From NCBI GenBank assembly GCA_018657585.1, contig JABHWX010000108.1:1-60093 (forward strand): a stretch of DNA of 60,093 bases. Reading direction: 5' to 3'. The stretch comes from Phycisphaerae bacterium. GTDB lineage: Bacteria; Planctomycetota; Phycisphaerae; Phycisphaerales; SM1A02. The notes under the pieces are model-generated. The model ran no database searches, was not told the origin of the DNA, and saw nothing but the letters and a program-made list of their open reading frames with translations. The translations under genes and the position numbers were made by a program. This document shows, one piece after another, positions 1-8,611 of this stretch (position 1 is the stretch's first letter; each line of letters begins with the position of its first letter).

Positions 1-780
1 ATTGAAGTCTTTCCATCCAGCGTCTCCAAAACGAAACTCTGCTCGTACTGTCCAGGCGTTTACAGGGTCTTGCAACGCTACTGTGTTTGATTGGTTAGGA
101 CCATCGGTATATTGCGCAACAATTTTTACATCGTCGTTCTTCCAACCCAGCTCTACCCCTTGCGTCCAACCATACGTAAATGCGTTATCAAGCATTGATC
201 GTTCGACTGTGAGTTGTTTGCTTGATGACACGATGTTTTCTCGAAGGAAGTTTGCTTTGAATTGACCAAACTTAAACCATGAACCATCATCGAATTTCTT
301 TTGTATGTATGCGTCTAGTGTATTTGATCCACCTGCACGACTCCACGTTGGGGAAATCTTATAGGTCCAAGATGGGTCTACAACATGACCAGAAAATGTT
401 AGTTTTGTTCTTCGCATTTCAAAGCCATGTTGCGAAGTTTGTGTATCAGCTTTGTTGTACAGCCAACGCGACTGAAGTAGGCCGTTTATTTTTACACTCC
501 AATTTCCGTCTGTTGACTTTAGAAACGCACCGCCATCGTATCCCGCAAGGGCTGCGCTTCCCTGAAGGTTAGAGCGTGTGTCTGCATCTGCAAGGATGTC
601 GGACACAAGTTCGCGAACCTCATCGGCGCGTTGTGCACTAATCCAACTTTTTGATTGTTTGTTTTTGAGTTCTGATACTTCGCTACGAAGTTCATGGACG
701 AGATCGGTCAGTGCCTCTATTTGAGGGTCTTGAACGCCCAAAAGAACTGATGTTACCAAAGCGGCTGTTGTTGCAAACAT
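1..780 (-). CDS. Outer-membrane porin-like protein, N-terminal 260 codons only (ORF runs off the left edge; absent from the supplied ORF track)
   Basis: I checked every + strand triplet from nt 1 to 780 for TTA/CTA/TCA and found none, so the reverse frame is open throughout. ATG at 780-778 is preceded by AAGGAG (rc of 790-795), and an in-frame stop lies upstream (rc of 817-819). Translation MFATTAALVTSVLLGVQDPQIEALTDLVHELRSEVSELKNK... gives a signal-like N-terminus and a short coiled coil. Beta-strand-like sequence containing FGQFKANFLRE follows, reminiscent of phosphate-selective porin O/P-type barrels. Confidence 0.6.
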   Translation of the reverse strand, partial: MFATTAALVTSVLLGVQDPQIEALTDLVHELRSEVSELKNKQSKSWISAQRADEVRELVSDILADADTRSNLQGSAALAGYDGGAFLKSTDGNWSVKINGLLQSRWLYNKADTQTSQHGFEMRRTKLTFSGHVVDPSWTYKISPTWSRAGGSNTLDAYIQKKFDDGSWFKFGQFKANFLRENIVSSSKQLTVERSMLDNAFTYGWTQGVELGWKNDDVKIVAQYTDGPNQSNTVALQDPVNAWTVRAEFRFGDAGWKDFN

Positions 781-939
781 GTAAGTAATCTCCTTAAGAT
801 TAGGTTTGAGGCTGAATCATAACATTTGAATGTTAAGAACATTTTTAGATTCTGTACAAACCACATAAAATAAATGTGTACGTGGAACATTTATTTGCGT
901 TGCGAATCGGTCGATGTGGCAGTATCCTGCTCTATCTAC

Positions 940-1013
940 GGCCGAGTACCCAAGTGGACTAAGGGAACGGATTGCAAATCCGTGATTCGTGGGTTCGAAT
1001 CCCACCTCGGCCT
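940..1013 (+). tRNA. tRNA-Cys (anticodon GCA), 74 nt, no encoded CCA
   Basis: Full cloverleaf. Acceptor GGCCGAG/CTCGGCC; anticodon stem ACGGA/TCCGT with loop TTGCAAA; T arm GTGGG-TTCGAAT-CCCAC. Discriminator is U73, a Cys identity element. Followed by TAC rather than CCA. Confidence 0.95.
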
Positions 1014-1057
1014 TACACAATAAGCCACAGCGAAAGCTGTGGCTTATTGTGTAAGGC
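1010..1057. repeat. Perfect 22-bp inverted repeat (hairpin with GAAA loop) starting inside the last 4 nt of tRNA-Cys
   Basis: GCCTTACACAATAAGCCACAGC-GAAA-GCTGTGGCTTATTGTGTAAGGC. No T-run follows, so it is not a classical intrinsic terminator. A second 10-bp hairpin follows at 1059-1081 (AAAGCAATGC-TTT-GCATTGCTTT). Confidence 0.9.
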
Positions 1058-1082
1058 TAAAGCAATGCTTTGCATTGCTTTT

Positions 1083-1147
1083 AAATCTGAGGTGTTTTTG
1101 TGGTGAAAGAGCGAAGCGCCCGTCCACCACAAAAACACCTCAGATTT
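1083..1147. repeat. Perfect 23-bp inverted repeat with 19-nt loop
   Basis: AAATCTGAGGTGTTTTTGTGGTG (1083-1105) is the exact reverse complement of CACCACAAAAACACCTCAGATTT (1125-1147). The right arm recurs at 1237-1259. Confidence 0.9.
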
Positions 1148-1175
1148 CGAGATGCGATTCGCCATTTCAAATGAC
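1103..1175 (+). repeat. 73-bp direct repeat, copy 1
   Basis: GTGAAAGAGCGAAGCGCCCGTCCACCACAAAAACACCTCAGATTTCGAGATGCGATTCGCCATTTCAAATGAC is identical to 1215-1287 (offset 112 bp). Confidence 0.95.
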
Positions 1176-1214
1176 TTTGTCATTTGAAGTGTCAAATCCC
1201 ACCTCATTCAACTT

Positions 1215-1287
1215 GTGAAAGAGCGAAGCGCCCGTCCACCACAAAAACACCTCAGATTTCGAGATGCGATTCGCCATTTCAAATGAC
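1215..1287 (+). repeat. 73-bp direct repeat, copy 2
   Basis: Base-for-base identical to 1103-1175. It lacks the left arm of the 23-bp hairpin and the right arm of the 1163-1191 hairpin. Confidence 0.95.
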
Positions 1288-1322
1288 ACCCCATAAAACA
1301 AAAGATCTAGTACTGGCCCTAA

Positions 1323-2204
1323 TCACTCAGATGAAAGTTGTGTGGGCAGGGGCGACTTTGAAAGCGTTGAGCCAGTAATGTTCTCGTACTCTGCAGGCAC
1401 AGAGAGGAGCCATCCTGTGCTTCCCCCAAAAAAGTGGTGTTCTACCCGAAGACGTAGTGGGCGCCCTAAATCGTCATCAAGGGAAGCAAATTGCCCGCTC
1501 GTGCGATCCATAGAACCAACGTAGTAAATTCCACCATCATCAAGCAAATCGCCACCGGACAGGCTTACCTCTCTAGACCCAACCTCAAACGAGGTAATCT
1601 CCACAACGCCAGGGGTAGACCCGCGAAGGCTTGCTAATTGAAGAACTGCGTTGTCAATTACATTGGTGGATGCTTCGCCAAGTGGTGTAGACCAAAAAAG
1701 ATACGAACCAAACTCGAGTGTTCCATATTGATCTGTTTCGGCATCACCCGCTGCAACGGTAGCAACTAGCTGGTCAGAATACACCACCCTTCCTGTATTC
1801 AAATCAGTAGTTGTCAAATCAAGAGCAACAATAGCATCGTTTGCCTCAGTAAACCAACTTAATCTGCGAACACTCTCTGGAGCCTCGCTTGTGTGCATAA
1901 AGTCTGTCACCTCTGCAGCAACACTAAACGAAGCAAAAGATTGTTCCGCCTGTTGAAGACTCGTTGCTACTTCAAATTTCCCTGTCTTCAAAAGTGCCCT
2001 TGTGAACGCCTTTTGCATTTCTGGGCCAACCCCAGACCACATTTGTTCCACCCCAGAGCCCACGGTAAACGTTTCTATGTACACAACAGGCTTTTGCACC
2101 GCCTCAGCGCCAACGGCACCGCTTCCCGGAGCAGAGTTATAAGCCCATGGGTTTGAGGCGCAGCCAGCCATCAAAAATAAGAAGAAAAAAGTAATGAATC
2201 GCAT
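1323..2204 (-). CDS. Lipoprotein, possibly CsgG/LpoB-like fold, with C-terminal extension
   Basis: Start is trimmed to the ATG at 2204, giving MRFITFFFLFLMAGCASN with lipobox LMAGC. The motif order resembles the CsgG family: VVYIETFTV...GPEMQKAFTRALLKTGKFEV, FSVAAEVTDF, AIVALDLTTTDLNTGRVVYS. Similarity was judged by eye only. Confidence 0.8.
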   Translation of the reverse strand: MRFITFFFLFLMAGCASNPWAYNSAPGSGAVGAEAVQKPVVYIETFTVGSGVEQMWSGVGPEMQKAFTRALLKTGKFEVATSLQQAEQSFASFSVAAEVTDFMHTSEAPESVRRLSWFTEANDAIVALDLTTTDLNTGRVVYSDQLVATVAAGDAETDQYGTLEFGSYLFWSTPLGEASTNVIDNAVLQLASLRGSTPGVVEITSFEVGSREVSLSGGDLLDDGGIYYVGSMDRTSGQFASLDDDLGRPLRLRVEHHFFGGSTGWLLSVPAEYENITGSTLSKSPLPTQLSSE

Positions 2205-2265
2205 AGGATTGTTATCGACCAAAACATCTTCGAAACATGGAATTTTGGGTACCATGCGAGGTACC

Positions 2266-3063
2266 ATGAAGTTACTTACTCTGTTTTCCGTCCTATTCCT
2301 CGCTCCAACGCTGTTCGCTCAGAATTATGCAAAAACGCGGGTGCCGCTACTTCGGGAAGGTACAAAAATAGTCAAGGGCGAGGGACAACTTACACGCAAA
2401 AGTCCAAATCACCCCCTTGTCATCGAAATTCCTCGAAAAGATGGAAGGACTCAAGACAGATGCATAGTCCTTCCAAACAGGCGGCTCGCTGAAATGGAAC
2501 TAGCAAAAATAAATAACCCCGACAGTACTTTCCGTGTATCTGGTGATGTGTTTGCACACAACAACCACAACTATGTACTTATTCGAGAGGTTGTTTCTGT
2601 TAATGAACATGCAGAACGAAACCACCCCACCACAGTACCTATTGATCCAACAAACGAATCGCTTGATGTTAAGGATTACGACGACTCTGTTTCAGATATA
2701 GTTAAGGAGTTGGAAGACGCAACCGGATCCCTAGTGCGATCTATTCGCATTGCTTCAGAACATCCAATCGTAGAATCTTCATTCAAAGAAAACACGAAGT
2801 TTACTTCGAGAAGGTGCCACCTTATTCGTAACGATTCTGGATCTTGGATAGCCGTGTTTGTTTCGGATGCTACAGGACTGAGTGATCCTCCCTGCACAAT
2901 CATGCCGAATGTTGCGTATGGCGAACTAACAGAGTGGATGAAAAAACAAAATCCATCAACACCAGTGTTGTTATCTGGAGAAATTTTTGATTATCATGGA
3001 CATGGTTTTATGCTTGTGCGAACATGGCGCGCTGTTCATAACACCGACCACCTAGATAATTAA
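2266..3063 (+). CDS. Secreted hypothetical protein with an internal two-fold repeat
   Basis: ATG at 2266 follows GAGG. Signal peptide is MKLLTLFSVLFLAPTLFAQ. The two halves share motifs CxxxPN ... NPxS ... SG(D/E)(V/I)F ... H ... (V/M)L(I/V)R. Confidence 0.75.
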   Translation: MKLLTLFSVLFLAPTLFAQNYAKTRVPLLREGTKIVKGEGQLTRKSPNHPLVIEIPRKDGRTQDRCIVLPNRRLAEMELAKINNPDSTFRVSGDVFAHNNHNYVLIREVVSVNEHAERNHPTTVPIDPTNESLDVKDYDDSVSDIVKELEDATGSLVRSIRIASEHPIVESSFKENTKFTSRRCHLIRNDSGSWIAVFVSDATGLSDPPCTIMPNVAYGELTEWMKKQNPSTPVLLSGEIFDYHGHGFMLVRTWRAVHNTDHLDN

Positions 3064-3077
3064 AGGTACAACGAAAT

Positions 3078-4031
3078 TTATTGCTTTACTTCGCGAACTT
3101 TTGCGGGAACCAGTGTAATCGAATAAATTGTTGGCGGTGAAACTGGTTTTCCTGATGATGGGTCTGCGAGCGGGGTGGAAGCGATTTTTTTTATTACGTC
3201 ATCACCCTCAACAGTTTCACCAAAAGAACAATACTGTCCGTCAAGCCTAGCTGTGCCCTCGCGAGATAAACAGAAGAAAAATTGAGAGCCCGCAGAATCA
3301 GGATCACTTGCGCGTGCCATTGAAATGACACCAAAATCATGTGGGAGGTCGCTATTCTCAATCGGCAACCAGTAACCGGGGCCTCCAGAACCTGATCCGG
3401 TAGGATCTCCGCCCTGAATTACAAAAGGGTCTCCTTTACTTGTCATTGGAACGACGCGATGAAATGTTGTGTTTTCATAAAAACCGCCATTCGCAAGTTC
3501 GCGAAAATTCCAAACCGTATTTGGTGCTTTGTCTGGGCGGAGTGCTACCCTGATGTCGCCCTCACTTGTTTTCATCATTGCGTCTTTATCCATATACACA
3601 CGCCAACCACTTACGTATGGTGTTGGGAGTTCGTCTTCTGCGGCTTCGTCTTCCCATTCAACAATTTTCGTATACGTTGCTTTTCCGCCGGGCCGTGTTG
3701 CCTCCTCAACAACTGGAACTTCTCTTGATGTCATTGGCTGAATAACATACGAAGAGCCAACCGCAGTATGTTTAATGTACAGTTGTAACCAAACTGCTTG
3801 GGTAATTTTTTTTATCTCTGGAATTCTACTTGTGAGATCGTGAGTTCCTTTAGAAACGGTGGCTGGTGGTGCTAAAAGGTTATTTTCATTATCTAGCAAC
3901 ACAAGACTCGCAGTATCAAAGTCTTCAGCCAAATCAATTTTGACCATTATTCCATTCTCTAGGTTGTTGTATGTGTGAAGTGGAGTAATTGTTTGAGACA
4001 CAACTACAGAAGCAATTATTGGTAAAAACAT
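3078..4031 (-). CDS. Cyclophilin-type peptidyl-prolyl cis-trans isomerase with N-terminal extra domain
   Basis: The C-terminal half carries cyclophilin motifs: FYENTTFHRVV, FVIQGGDPTGSGSGGPGY, ISMARASDPDSAGSQFFFCL. Confidence 0.9.
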   Translation of the reverse strand: MFLPIIASVVVSQTITPLHTYNNLENGIMVKIDLAEDFDTASLVLLDNENNLLAPPATVSKGTHDLTSRIPEIKKITQAVWLQLYIKHTAVGSSYVIQPMTSREVPVVEEATRPGGKATYTKIVEWEDEAAEDELPTPYVSGWRVYMDKDAMMKTSEGDIRVALRPDKAPNTVWNFRELANGGFYENTTFHRVVPMTSKGDPFVIQGGDPTGSGSGGPGYWLPIENSDLPHDFGVISMARASDPDSAGSQFFFCLSREGTARLDGQYCSFGETVEGDDVIKKIASTPLADPSSGKPVSPPTIYSITLVPAKVREVKQ

Positions 4032-4040
4032 AAGTAGTTC

Positions 4041-5528
4041 CTATTGGCGGAGGGTTGAAATAATGTGTGCGCGAACTGCGCTGGCATCTGCCGATCCTCC
4101 AGATCGTTTCATCACATCGCCTATAAGTCTTCCAATTGCTGCATCTTTTCCATTACGGATGTCGTCTGCCGCTTGTGGTTGCGCTTCAATTGCCGCTTGA
4201 ACCCATTCAGTCAAAGCGTTTTCGTCTGTTACCTGCAGAAGCCCCGCCGTTTCAGCAACCGAATCTGCTGTTTGATCAGAGTCGCACAAAAGAGAAAATA
4301 GAGTGGTTCCTGCTGATGAACCAATACAGTTTGAACCTCGGAGCGCAATAATGCCCGCAACTTGTTCTGGGGTGATGCCAAGTGTGTCGACCTGACACCC
4401 CCTCTCGTTGGCAAGTTTTGCTCCCGCATTTAATAACCATTTTGCGCTCTCTGTTCCATCGTCTGATTCTTTAACACACAACTCAAAAAACAAACAAAGA
4501 TCTGGTTCTGCGGTAATCGCCAAAACGTCTTTGTCAGAAAGTTTATATTCTGTTTGGTATCGAGCTCGGCGCGACGCTGGCAACTCTGGAATTGAATCGT
4601 TAATCTCATCAATCCATTCTTGAGAAATTGTTAATGGCACCAAATCTGGGTCTGGAAAATATCGATAGTCGTGCGCGTCTTCTTTTTCTCTCTGAAGAAT
4701 TGTTTCGAACTTTTGGTCATCCCACCCTCGGGTACTTTTAACTCCGGGTCCCATTTCAATTCCGTCTTTTTTCCACGCTTCAATTTGTCTTCCCTCTTCA
4801 TATTCAATTGCACCATGAAGCGCCCTAAACGAATTAAGGTTTTTTATTTCTGCAATTGGGGTTGCGTGTTCTTCACCATCTTCTGTTGTGATAATCACGT
4901 TAATGTTTGGTTCAAATCGCATATGCCCCTTTTGCATAATTCCTTCGCTTACGCCAAGATACTTACAAATATCTCTTACTTCTCGACCATAGGCAACCGC
5001 TTCCTCGGCACTACACATGTCTGGTTCTGAAACAATTTCAAGCAACGGTGTTCCTGCACGGTTTAGGTCAACCAGTGAACCGTCATAGTGGGCGCCACCG
5101 GGCAATTCGTGCCCAAGTTTTCCCGTGTCTTCTTCGAGGTGTGCGCGTGTTATTCCAATGGGCTTTTTGACACCATCGACCTCAATCTCAAGAACACCAC
5201 CAACGCAGAGTGGTTTGTCGAATTGGCTAATTTGATACCCCTTGGGTAGGTCGGGGTAATAATAGTTTTTTCTATCCCATTTTGTAAATTTTGAAACGGT
5301 GCAATTCAACGCCAGGCCAACTCGCATCGACATTGCAACAGCCCGATTGTTAATTACAGGAAGCGATCCCGGAAGTGCCATAACCAGAGGATCTACAAGT
5401 GTGTTGGGGCTTGCTTCATAGTTAGATGGGTTTGCCGCGTTTGGTGCGGACGTGAACATCTTGCTGTTTGTTGCAAGTTCAACGTGTATTTCCATCCCAA
5501 CAAGAACGCGTGTCTTTGTAATTTCCAT
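4041..5528 (-). CDS. gatB: Asp-tRNA(Asn)/Glu-tRNA(Gln) amidotransferase subunit B
   Basis: 495 aa, with typical GatB sequence (VGMEIHVELAT..., RKNYYYPDLPKGYQISQ, MRFEPNINV) and a C-terminal YqeY-like tail. Confidence 0.95.
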   Translation of the reverse strand: MEITKTRVLVGMEIHVELATNSKMFTSAPNAANPSNYEASPNTLVDPLVMALPGSLPVINNRAVAMSMRVGLALNCTVSKFTKWDRKNYYYPDLPKGYQISQFDKPLCVGGVLEIEVDGVKKPIGITRAHLEEDTGKLGHELPGGAHYDGSLVDLNRAGTPLLEIVSEPDMCSAEEAVAYGREVRDICKYLGVSEGIMQKGHMRFEPNINVIITTEDGEEHATPIAEIKNLNSFRALHGAIEYEEGRQIEAWKKDGIEMGPGVKSTRGWDDQKFETILQREKEDAHDYRYFPDPDLVPLTISQEWIDEINDSIPELPASRRARYQTEYKLSDKDVLAITAEPDLCLFFELCVKESDDGTESAKWLLNAGAKLANERGCQVDTLGITPEQVAGIIALRGSNCIGSSAGTTLFSLLCDSDQTADSVAETAGLLQVTDENALTEWVQAAIEAQPQAADDIRNGKDAAIGRLIGDVMKRSGGSADASAVRAHIISTLRQ

Positions 5529-6061
5529 TATGAAATTGCCTCGGAAATTCCTAGGTCTTTCGAAACGAATAACGACTCAAAAACAAACCCTGCGGCTTCA
5601 ATGTTTTCGCGAGCTCCTTCTTGGCGATCTATAACAGCAACAATAACTTCAACCGTTGCGCCAGATTCCTGAATTGTCGAAGCGGCTTCTAATACCTGGC
5701 CGCCCGTTGTTGCAACATCTTCAATTATTACCACCCTGTCTGCTGGTTTTAACACGCCCTCAAGTTGCTGTGCCGTTCCATAATCCTTTTTTTGGTTTCG
5801 AATAAAGATACACGGAAGATTCGACGCCATTGACGCAGTGGTTACAAGTGGGATCCCGCCAAGCTCAGCCCCAGCAAGGAGTGTTGTTGTTTTTGGAATA
5901 TATTGAGTAAACATTTCACCCAAAGAAGCGAGAATATCTGGTTGGGTTGAAAAAAGATACTTGTCGATATACCAAGAACTGCTTCGACCGCTCCGAAGTG
6001 TAAACTCTCCATGTAAAACCGCCGTTTGGGCAATTCTCTTCGCTAGCGTTTCTTTATTCAT
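5528..6061 (-). CDS. pyrE: Orotate phosphoribosyltransferase
   Basis: GEFTLRSGRSSSWYIDK plus the PRPP-binding loop VVIIEDVATTGG. Start is placed at ATG 6061, which aligns with canonical PyrE N-termini; the track ORF begins at TTG 6088. The stop overlaps the gatB start by 1 nt. Confidence 0.9.
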   Translation of the reverse strand: MNKETLAKRIAQTAVLHGEFTLRSGRSSSWYIDKYLFSTQPDILASLGEMFTQYIPKTTTLLAGAELGGIPLVTTASMASNLPCIFIRNQKKDYGTAQQLEGVLKPADRVVIIEDVATTGGQVLEAASTIQESGATVEVIVAVIDRQEGARENIEAAGFVFESLFVSKDLGISEAIS

Positions 6062-6106
6062 GTTTGGTATGGTATCGCCACTGTTCAAACGATGCCGAAT
6101 TTATCA

Positions 6107-8611
6107 TTATTGGGGTTGTACAAGAACCTTGTTACGTAAATCTACAACACGCTGCACCCAAGCATACACCCACACCGCGACTTTTTGAACTTGTTTGTTG
6201 TCGGACTTCAACGCAGAAAGAAGTAGTGAGTCGTCAAGAGCTTCGTCTGGAACATTTGGTGTTATGAATCGAATAATCCACGCAAGTTGCGCTTTTGTAC
6301 TGTTTGGTTCTTTGAGCATTCCTTTGACTGCTTCAATTGTTGGGTCGTTTGACATTGTCGAAAGTACCCACGCTTGGTCTGTTGGATTAAGTTTAGGAAA
6401 TGTTGTCAGAAGCGTTGTGATTGCTTTGTCTTGGTTTGGGTGGCGCTCACCCTCTTTTAGTTGCACAACCTCTTCTCCCGGTGGTGGAGTGATAAGTGGT
6501 TCAACAACTTCAACAAAAACAGCATCTGAAACCGCCCAAGTTAAGAGTACGAACGTAATGAGGTCTTGTGTGTCTGATACTTCTTGAATGTCTTCAAGCG
6601 CTTGTTCAAGCCACTTGTCTGTAAGGCGAATACCGTTGACGCGAATAGTGCTCGTTGTTGCCCGTTGCCCAAGTCTTCCTTGTTCATAGACCATCGATGT
6701 AACGCCTTGTCTATCTTTTGTTTCACGAACCATGAAATTAACAATCGCTTGCAATGAAAATGATGCGCCACGCAAGGGATGTGTATTTAGAAACCCACCA
6801 ATCCAGTAATTTCGAAGATCAATGTACACAGATGTTTTTCCGCGTGGTTTTATTGACAGCTCGTTGTCTATTGGAACAACAATCGGTGGAATCGGTGGGC
6901 TTTTTTCTGTTGACGATGGAATAATTGTCTCGAGCAATACCAATGGTTGAATCGGTCCGTTACTTGCAATCATCATCGGCACTGGGGCGTTGTTTGTAAT
7001 TTCCAGTTTTACCCAAATTGGCTCGTAGGGAGATAGGGTTACGGATTCGGGAACTACTACTAATCCAATTGGTGGTCTTGGGTCGTGGATAAGTGTGCTC
7101 ATTGTTTGAAGTACGCCCGACATAAGTTGTTGAAGTTGGTCTATCTCAGACCTAATCTGAAACGGTGTTCCTACTATTTTTTCTAACTTGTTTTTAGACC
7201 AAACTCCAAGAATGGTGCCCCCATTGCTTTTTGCAACGGATAGCAATTCAATAGCCGCGGCTTTTTTGTTGCCCTCTTCTAGATAAATTAATGCCATGCC
7301 AATCTTTGCAGATGGGTCTTGTTTCATGGGTTCAAGTTTTGTTTTAGCTAAAGAAAGATCGCCTTTTCTAAAAGCAATCCAGCCCTCAAGGCGCTGCCTT
7401 TCTGAGGGATGAATTATCGCACCTGTTTCAACTTGTTTGATAAAAATCTCTGCAGATTCGGCGCCCTCTCCCATCCACAACATAATCCATGCCGCTTGCA
7501 TATACAGTTCAACAACCTTAATAAGTGCTGCTTCGCCCTGTGATTCATATATCTTTGACACGGAAATAATAGAACTTATCGCTGACTCAAGAGCCATTTC
7601 AGCTTGTGCCGCATCGTCTTGTGAGGCATAAATAGCAGCCCGAACAGTGGCGAGTTTGGGCACTAGGGGTGCGTGAATTCTTGCTAATTCAAGTGGGTCG
7701 AGGCGGGGCTGCTGACGTTTTGTTTGGGCACGAAATGTTTTGTCGTGGGCTGTTTGCCTTTCCATCAGAGTAGTCATGGCTGCAACAGTGTCACCCGCTG
7801 CCCATTGACTTAACACAATGTCTGCAAGCAATGTGTCAGAAATTGCGCTTGGACTACTAGCACGGTTTCCTAAAACAATCTCGTACAAATATTTTGCGTC
7901 TTGGTAATCTCCAAACGCCATCAAAAATTCTGCAAGTGCAATCATTGTTGTTTGGTCTTTAATGTTTGATAGTGATGCGGCCGCTAGTAATTCTGCGCGT
8001 GTAAAAACATCTGCAGACTCGTCACCAAAAAAACCCGCCGCAAGAGTCATTGCATCGTGGTACGAAGGGTCGCGGGCGACAGATTCTGCTAGCCAGCGAG
8101 CGAATTGCGGAACATTACCTGCTTGCCTTTGTAAATATGCTGCATCAAGTGCCAACCTTGCAGCCACTGTTCCGTCAAGAGATGACCGATTTTCTTGAGA
8201 CAAAATCACCTCATACAGTTGCATTCTTTTGTCGAGAGTTTGTGCTTTGTTTATGACATCGCGAAGTCGAGCAAGTTGTGCTGACGGTTGTACTGGCGCG
8301 ACACGTAAAAGATTTTGAATTGCATAATGTGAAAGATCTGGCAAGTCGGCCATCTGTGCAATTTCATGCAAAGACCTCCAGATAGTTACATCTTCTGGAG
8401 AAAGTACCGAGGCTTCGGTAATGAGCGCAACTGCTGCTTCAATTGCAACGGTGTTGAGAGGATCCGACATCGTTGCTTGATGCGCCACGCGAACTAGCTC
8501 TTCCGCAAGCAGAGTGCTTGATGTTGTTGGGGATGGCTGGGGTTGTTTTGCCGAAACAGCAGATGTTGTAAGGACTGCAACAAGAGTGTATGTGGAGATA
8601 AGATGAATCAT
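6107..8611 (-). CDS. Large secreted hypothetical protein (834 aa), helical/TPR-like N-terminal half
   Basis: Signal-like MIHLISTYTLVAVLTTSAVSA, a long uninterrupted ORF and helical repeat-like composition. I recognise no catalytic motif. Confidence 0.8.
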   Translation of the reverse strand: MIHLISTYTLVAVLTTSAVSAKQPQPSPTTSSTLLAEELVRVAHQATMSDPLNTVAIEAAVALITEASVLSPEDVTIWRSLHEIAQMADLPDLSHYAIQNLLRVAPVQPSAQLARLRDVINKAQTLDKRMQLYEVILSQENRSSLDGTVAARLALDAAYLQRQAGNVPQFARWLAESVARDPSYHDAMTLAAGFFGDESADVFTRAELLAAASLSNIKDQTTMIALAEFLMAFGDYQDAKYLYEIVLGNRASSPSAISDTLLADIVLSQWAAGDTVAAMTTLMERQTAHDKTFRAQTKRQQPRLDPLELARIHAPLVPKLATVRAAIYASQDDAAQAEMALESAISSIISVSKIYESQGEAALIKVVELYMQAAWIMLWMGEGAESAEIFIKQVETGAIIHPSERQRLEGWIAFRKGDLSLAKTKLEPMKQDPSAKIGMALIYLEEGNKKAAAIELLSVAKSNGGTILGVWSKNKLEKIVGTPFQIRSEIDQLQQLMSGVLQTMSTLIHDPRPPIGLVVVPESVTLSPYEPIWVKLEITNNAPVPMMIASNGPIQPLVLLETIIPSSTEKSPPIPPIVVPIDNELSIKPRGKTSVYIDLRNYWIGGFLNTHPLRGASFSLQAIVNFMVRETKDRQGVTSMVYEQGRLGQRATTSTIRVNGIRLTDKWLEQALEDIQEVSDTQDLITFVLLTWAVSDAVFVEVVEPLITPPPGEEVVQLKEGERHPNQDKAITTLLTTFPKLNPTDQAWVLSTMSNDPTIEAVKGMLKEPNSTKAQLAWIIRFITPNVPDEALDDSLLLSALKSDNKQVQKVAVWVYAWVQRVVDLRNKVLVQPQ

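Noticed and set aside
1103-1287. Possible CRISPR array
   Set aside because: There are only two repeat copies. The 73-bp unit is far longer than CRISPR repeats, the spacer is 39 bp, and there are no cas genes in the window.
781-1322. Integrated mobile element or prophage at tRNA-Cys
   Set aside because: There are no integrase, transposase or phage genes on either side. The flanks are a porin-like gene and a lipoprotein gene, and only a 14-nt att-like scar is present. It is reported as a low-key finding rather than as a mobile element feature.
1013-1378. Small ORFs (64 aa each, both strands) across the hairpin/repeat tract
   Set aside because: They are generated by the repeats themselves (repeated peptide PSTTKTPQISRCDSPFQM) and have no RBS. 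The region is better explained as structured non-coding DNA.
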